Assembly: GCF_009914755.1 (NCBI RefSeq)
Contig: NC_060931.1
Source: the human T2T-CHM13v2.0 reference genome, Homo sapiens
Length of the DNA: 64,000 nt
Direction: 5' to 3' (one strand)
Of the stretch, positions 57,481 through 64,000 are shown one piece after another (position 1 is the stretch's first letter; each line of letters opens with the position of its first letter). The position numbers were made by a program, and so were the translations under genes. The notes under the pieces are model-generated. The model worked only from the letters and a program-made list of their open reading frames with translations. It was not told where the DNA came from and made no database searches.

Positions 57481-60400
57481 TGATGCAGTTTTGAAACCTC
57501 CCTAGAATGGAGCACCCAGAGAGAGGGGCAGGCCACCATCTTTGCTGTTTGGGAGGCAGCTTTTCCAGCCTTTGGGCTTTGGAGTGTCTGAGGTGACCAG
57601 GGGCTGAAGTAGACCCCCAGCACAGTACAGCTCCTCTATGAAAATATGGCCAGACTGCTTTTTCAAATGGGTCCCAATCTCATTCCTCGTAACTGGGAGA
57701 GATCTCCCATCCAGGGTCTCCAGCCACCTCCTACACGTGAATTCAGTCTAGAAACAGGCCCGTACCTCCCTGGGACAGAGCTTCCAGAGGGAGGGTTAGG
57801 CTGCCATCTTTGCTGTTTCATAGCCTTCACTGGTGATAACTCCAGGTACTGGAAAGTCTGAGGCAACTACGAACTGGAATGGAACCCCAGAATACTACAT
57901 CAGCCCTGTGGAAAAGTGGCCAGACTGTTACATGTGCCCATTCCCATATATCCTCACCTGGCAGTTCTAGGCCTCTAGACACCCCTAACCAGAGCTATTG
58001 GGGCAGTAGCAACTCAGTGACTCCCTGGACAGAGCCTCAAGGGGCAACTGAAAGTCTCTCTGCTACTGCCTTTTCAGTGAAACTGTCCTTGCTGCCCTCA
58101 AACTAATAAAGGAGTAAAGACCCTAAGTGCCTTATGAACACCTTCAACAAGTTGCTGCTGACCCAAGGAGAGGAGGCCAGTCTGTCTCCCATGCAACCAC
58201 GCAAGCCCAACTGCTTGTAGCCAAACAGGGAATCCCTGGCTTGAGTCCACAGCACAGACCCTCCATCCTGGCCTGAGTGCACTGAGCAATTGCTGACCTG
58301 CATCTCTCTGGGGTAGAGCCCCCAGGAGACAAGCAAAGTGGTGGGGCAGTAAGCCAGCTGATGTTGAGCCCAGAGGGTTTGGTGCGGGAACATCTGTAGC
58401 AGAGTATGGCCAGGGATGGCCATTCGTCTAGGCTGCACTTGCTCCCATAAGAGACTTTAGTCCTAGGGGAGGTGTCAGACCTGATCTCTTCAGGGTGGCC
58501 TTGAACATCAGATAGGGCTACTCCAACCTGAGCGCTCCTTGGTCAGCTGCCTCTCATGGAGCCCCAGCCTAGACACACCTGCTTACAGGGCAGTCTTGGG
58601 TGCCCTGGGGGCCCATGCCATAGTTTCTGTTCTGGCAGACCATGCCTGAATGGTGGAGAGCTCCAGCGAGGCAGCCCCTATTGCCGCACACCAGCCCACA
58701 CATTCCCTCTGCATGCTGCAGCTTCCCCTGAGCCCACAGCAACTCCTCACATCACTTTGCTGATGCATGTCTACACAGGTGGATTTTGCTTTACTTGCCC
58801 CACTAGCAGGCAGGAATGCATTACACCCCTCCCACCCCTGCTGACCGTCATTGCAGATGAAGCCTTGGCAGGAACAGAGCCAGCCAGCCTTCCAGCATCC
58901 CACCCATGCGCTAATACTGTGCAGAGAACAGAGGATCCTCCCACACCCTAACTGATCACTCCTGCTTGCAGAGCACAGAGAAGGCACCCAAATCTGCACT
59001 AGCCAGCACACTGCCCTACGCCAACACCACCTCTAGTGCAACAACACACACAGCTTCCAGCAGGGGCCTCCCACTCCCTATCAGCTGCCTTGCCTCTGCT
59101 ACTGTGGTGAATACCCACAGGGAGGCAGGCACCCTGGGATCCACTAGCACTCAGCTGCAGCTGCTGCACCTCAGCACCACCAGCACAGTGGACTCCAAAC
59201 CCCAAGGAGATAGAGAACAAAATTGGGGCCCAATACAATTCCCCCCCAGGGAGAGTATACAGTTTAGGAGTTGGGAGCTGAGCGCTGGCCTCCTAAAACC
59301 TCCCAGAAACAAAGCCAGTCATCTGAGTCCACCTTATACCACAATCAAATCCTTAATGTCATCCAATCAGATAAAAGGAAACAATCCAAAGATCAGCAAC
59401 CTCAAAAAGTAAAGGTAGATAAACCCACAATAATCAGAAAGAATTAGCATGAGAACACTGAAAACTCAAAAAGCCAAAGCGCCTTTTTTCTTCCAAATGA
59501 CTGCATCATCTCTCCAGCAAGGGTTTAGAACCAAGCTGAGGCTGAGATAGCTGAAATGACAAAGTAGAATTCAGAATATTGATAGGTACAAACTTCATTG
59601 AGCTAAAGGAGTATGTTGTAGCACAATTCAGGGAAGCTAAAAATCATGATAAAACATTGCAGTGGCTGACAGACAAAACAGCCATTATCGAGAAGACCAT
59701 AACTGACCTGAGAGAGCTGAAAAACACACTACACGAATTTCACAATGCAATCACAAGTATTAATAGCAGAATAGACCAAGCAGAGAAAATAATCTCGACT
59801 CTTAAACACTGGCTTTCTGAAATAAGACAGGCAGACAAGAATAGAGAAAAAGAATGAAAATGAATTAACAAAACCTCTGAGAAATGTCAGATTATGTAAA
59901 GAGATCGAATCTATAGCTGATTGGTGTACCTGAAAGAGATGGAGAGAATGGAACCAACTTGAAAATCATATTTTAGGATGTTAGGCATGAGAACTTCCCC
60001 AACCTAGCTGGAGAGGTCAACATTCAAATTCTGGAAATGCAGAGAACCTTAGTAAGATACTTCACAAGAAGACTATCTCCAACGCACATAATTATCAGAT
60101 TCTCTAAGGTTGAAATGAAAGAAAAAAAATTAAAGGCAGCTAGAAATGTTAGGCTACATACAAAGGGAAGCCCATCAGACTAACAGCAGACTTCTCAGCT
60201 GAAATCCTAAAGCCAGAAGAGATTGGGGGCCAATCTTCAACATCTTAAAAAAAAAAAAATCCAATCTGGCAAAACTAAGCTTCATAACCAAAGGAGAAAT
60301 AAGATCAGTTTCAGACAAGCAAATGGTAAAGGAATGTGTTACTACCAGACCTTCCTTACAAGAGTTACTGAAGGAAAAACTAACTATGGAAAGGAAAGCC

Positions 60401-62143
60401 CCTGCAAAAACACACTAAAGTACAAAGACCAGTCACACTATAAAGCAACCATATAAACAAGTCTGCAAAACAACCAGCTTAACATCATGATGACAAGATA
60501 AAAATCCATACATATCAATGCTAACCTTCAATGTAAATAGGCTAAATGTCCCAATTAAAAGACAAAGAACGACAAGCTGGATAAAAAATCAAGACCCATT
60601 GAAATGCTGTCTTCAAGAGACCCATCTCACATGCAGTGAGAAACATAGGCTCAAAATAAAGGAATGGAGAAAAGCCTACCCAGCAAATGAAAAACAGAAA
60701 AAAGGTAGGGGTTCCAATCCTAGTTTCTGATGAAAGAGACTTAAAAGCAAAAAAGGTCAGAAAAGACAAAGAAGGGCATTATATAATGGTAAAGGATTCA
60801 ATACAAGAAGATCTAACTCTCCTAAATATATATGCACCCAACATAGGAGCACCCAGATTCATAAAACAAGTTCTTAGAGACCTTCAAAGAGACTTAGACT
60901 CCACACCTCTATGTACATAAACTAGAAAATCTAGAAGAAGTGGATAAAATTCCTGGACACATACACCCTCCCAAAACTGAACCAGGAAAAAATGGAATCC
61001 CTGAACATACTAATAATGAGCTCTAAAATCGGGACAGAAATAAATGGCCTACCAACCAAAAAAGTCCTAGGACCAGACAGATTCAGTTGAATTCTACCAG
61101 ATGTGCAAAGAAGAACTGGTACCATTTCTACTGAAACTATTCCAAAAATTAAAGAGAGGGACTCCCTCCTAACTCTATGAAGTCAGCATCACCATGATAC
61201 CAAAACCTGGCAGAGATACAAAACAAAATAAAAAAAAAAACTTCCAGCTAATATCCTTGCTGAACATTGTGGAGAAATCCTCAACAAAATACTGGCAAAG
61301 TGAATCCAGCAGCAAGTTGAAAAACTTATCCACCATGATCAAGTAGGCTTTATCCCTGGGATGCAAGCTTAGTTCAACATACACAAATCAATAAATGTGA
61401 TTCATTATGTAAACCAGAACTAAAGACAAAAACAACGCTATTATATCAATAGATGCAGAAAAGGCTTTTGATAAAATTCAACGTCCATTCATGTTTAAAA
61501 AAACTCTTAATAAACTCTGTATTGAAAGAACATACCTCAAAATAATAAGAGCCACATATGACAAACCCACAGCCAACATTATATTAAATGGGTGAAACCT
61601 GGAAGCATTCCTTTTGAAAACTGGCAAAAGACAAGGATGTCCTCTCTCACCACTCCATTCAACATAGTATTGGAAGTTCTGACCAGGGTAATCAGGCAAG
61701 AGGAAGAAATAAAGGGCTCCCAAACAGGAAGAGAGGAAGTCAAGATCCCTGTTTGCAGATAAAGTGATCTTATGTATAGAAAACCCTATAGTCTTATCCC
61801 AAAAACTTCTTAAGCTGATAAACAATTTCAGCAAATTGTCAGGATACAAAATTAATGTGCAGAAATAACTAGCATTCCTATACACCAACAACAGTCAAGC
61901 CAAGAGTAGAATTAGAAACAAACTCCCATTCATAACTGCCACAAAATAATAAAATACCTAGGAATACAGCTAAAACCAGGGATTTGAATGATCTCTACAA
62001 GGAGATCTATAAATCACTGCTCAAAACAATCAGAGATAATTCAAATAAATGAAAAAACATTTCATCCACATGGATAAGAAGAATCAATATCGTGAAAATG
62101 GACATACTGCCCAAAGCAATTTACAGATTCAATGCTATTCCTC

Positions 62144-62261
62144 TTTTTTTATTTGTTTAAACTAATTCAATTCTCATTTTATTTTATTTTATTTTATTAT
62201 TATTATACTTTAAGTTTTAGGGTACATGTGCACAACATGTAGGTTTGTTACATATGTATAC
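62144..62261 (-). mobile_element. Very short L1PA4-like 3' end nested in L1 ORF2
   Basis: tattatactttaagttttagggtacatgtgcacaacatgtaggtttgttacatatgtatac with a composite T-rich tail; no TSD visible. Confidence 0.88.
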
Positions 62262-63807
62262 TGCGATTCTTCACAAAACTAGAATAAACTATTTTAAAAT
62301 TCACATGGAAGCAGAAAAGAGCCTAAATAGCCAAAGCAATTCTAATCAAAAAGAAGAAAGCTGGAAGCATCACACCACCTGACTTCAAACTATCCTACAG
62401 GGATACAGTAACCAAAACAGCATGGCATTGGTATAAAAATACAGACAAAAACCAATGGAAACGAATAGAAAACCCAGAAATAAGACCACACACCTACAAC
62501 TATCTGATCTTCAACAAACTTGACAAAAACAAGCAATGGGGAAAGGATTCCCTACTCAATAAATGATGCTGGGATAACTGGCTAGCCATGTGCAGAAGAC
62601 TGAAAATGGACCTCTTTCTTACTCCATATACAAAAATTAACTCAAGATGGATTAAAGACTTACTTAAATGTAAAAGCCAAAACTATAAAAGCTCTGGAAA
62701 ACATCTTAGACAATACCATTCTGGCCATAGGCACAGGCAAAGATTTCATGATGAGGACACCAAAAACAATTGCATCAAAAGCAAAATTTGACAAATGGGA
62801 CCTAATTAAAGAGCTTCTGTGCAGCAAAACTGTCATCAGATTAAACAGACAACCTACAGAATGGGAGAAATTTTTTTGTAAACTATATATCTAACAAAGG
62901 TCTAATATTCAGCATCCATAAAGAACTTTAACGAATTTACAAGAAAAAAAAGTCCTATTAAAAAGTGGGCAAAGGACATGATAAAACTCTTTTCAAAGGA
63001 AGACATGCATGTAGCCAACAAGCATATGAAAGAAAGCCCAACATCACTGATCATTAGGGAAATACAAATCAAAACCACAATGAGATACCATTTCACACCA
63101 GTCAGAATGGCTGTCATTAAAAAGTCAAAAAAAAAAAAACCACCCAGATGCTTGTGAGGTTGTGGAGAAAAAGGAACACTTATACACTGTTGGTGGTAGT
63201 GTAAATTAGTTCAACCATTGTGGGAGACAGTGTGTGATTCCTCATAGACCTAAAGACAGAAATACCATTCAAACCAGCAGTCTCATTACTGGATATATAC
63301 CCAAAGGAATATAAATCATTCTATTTTAAAGATACAGGCATACATATGTTCACTGCAGCACTATTCACTATAGCAAAGACACGGAATGACCATCAATAAT
63401 AGACTGAATAAGGAAATGTGGTACATATACACCATGGAATACTATGCAGCCATAAAAAAAGAATGAGACCATGTCCTTTGCAGGGACATGGATGGAGCTG
63501 GAGGCCATTATCCTTAGCAGACCAACATAGGAACAGAAAACCAAATACCACATGTTTTCTCTTAAAAGTGGGAGTTGAATTATGAGAGAAATGGACACAT
63601 AGAGAGAAACAACATACACTGGGGCCTGTCAGAGGGAGAAGGGAAAAGATCAGGAAAAATAAATAATGGGTACTAGGCTTAATACCTGGGTAATGAAATA
63701 ATCTATACAACAAACCCCATGACACAGGTTCACCCATGTAACAAACCTGCATATGTATCTCAGAGCTTAAAATAAAATTAAAAAAAGAAGATTCACTACA
63801 AAAAAAA

Positions 63808-63895
63808 GAAAATAAAGCTGCAATGTGCACCCTTGTAGACATACCTTTACACACATTTAAATGTTCTTATAAATTCCAGGGTTTTAATATTTAAG
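63808..63895 (-). mobile_element. L1ME-like relic that hosted the L1PA13 insertion (other half at about 56090-56279)
   Basis: Rejoined flank tccactttttgctattgaaaataaagctgcaatgtgcacccttgtagacatacc matches antisense L1M ORF2-end/3'UTR sequence. Confidence 0.55.
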
Positions 63896-63910
63896 ACAGA
63901 AGATAAGGCA

Positions 63911-64000
63911 TTTGTTTGTTTGTTTGTTTGTTTGGAGACAGAGTCTCTCTCTATTGCCCAGGCTGGAGTGCAGTGGCGCAATTTAGGCTCACTGCAACCT
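63911..64000 (-). mobile_element. Alu, truncated by the window edge
   Basis: (TTTG)n then gagacagagtctc...gcccaggctggagtgcagtggcgc. Confidence 0.93.

Larger units (their letters stand above)
56280..63807 (+). mobile_element. Near-full-length L1PA13-type element (long 5'UTR, disrupted ORF1/ORF2, deletion of about 830 bp near 60905)
   Basis: 5' ccaagatggcagactagaagcagc; ORF1 and ORF2 remnants (59579..59857, 60518..60920); TSD gaaaataaagctg (56267-56279 / 63808-63820). Confidence 0.92.

Noticed and set aside
56262-59412. Cluster of 60-150 aa ORFs on both strands
   Set aside because: They lie in the GC-rich L1PA13-type 5'UTR, where stop codons are scarce.

Overview
AT-rich primate genomic DNA, probably human or ape (AluY, AluS, AluJ, L1PA and THE1 are all present). 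I can support no intact host protein-coding gene, RNA gene or CRISPR array. Roughly half of the window is LINE-1. The large L1 features are an ancient L1M split by an 8.6-kb composite L1PA insertion (4420-13044), a full-length L1PA6/7-like copy (25009-31278) inside a fragmented Charlie1a DNA transposon, a 5'-inverted L1PA7/8-like copy (42350-47423) and a near-full-length L1PA13-type copy (56280-63807). There are also several short L1 3' fragments, about ten Alus, a THE1 solo LTR and MIR/MER relics. All long ORFs in the track are L1 ORF1/ORF2 fragments or antisense/Alu noise. I see no new multi-gene system. What is unusual is a set of repeat-to-repeat exchanges readable in the sequence: a two-subfamily chimeric L1 under one TSD, an apparent gene-conversion tract carrying a stop codon between L1s 18 kb apart, a local templated copy of one specific Alu, five twin-primed inversions (two of them tiny), short 3' transductions and a TSD-only retrotransposition scar. 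Subfamily names come from remembered consensus features and need RepeatMasker/Dfam confirmation. Boundaries of old elements are approximate.
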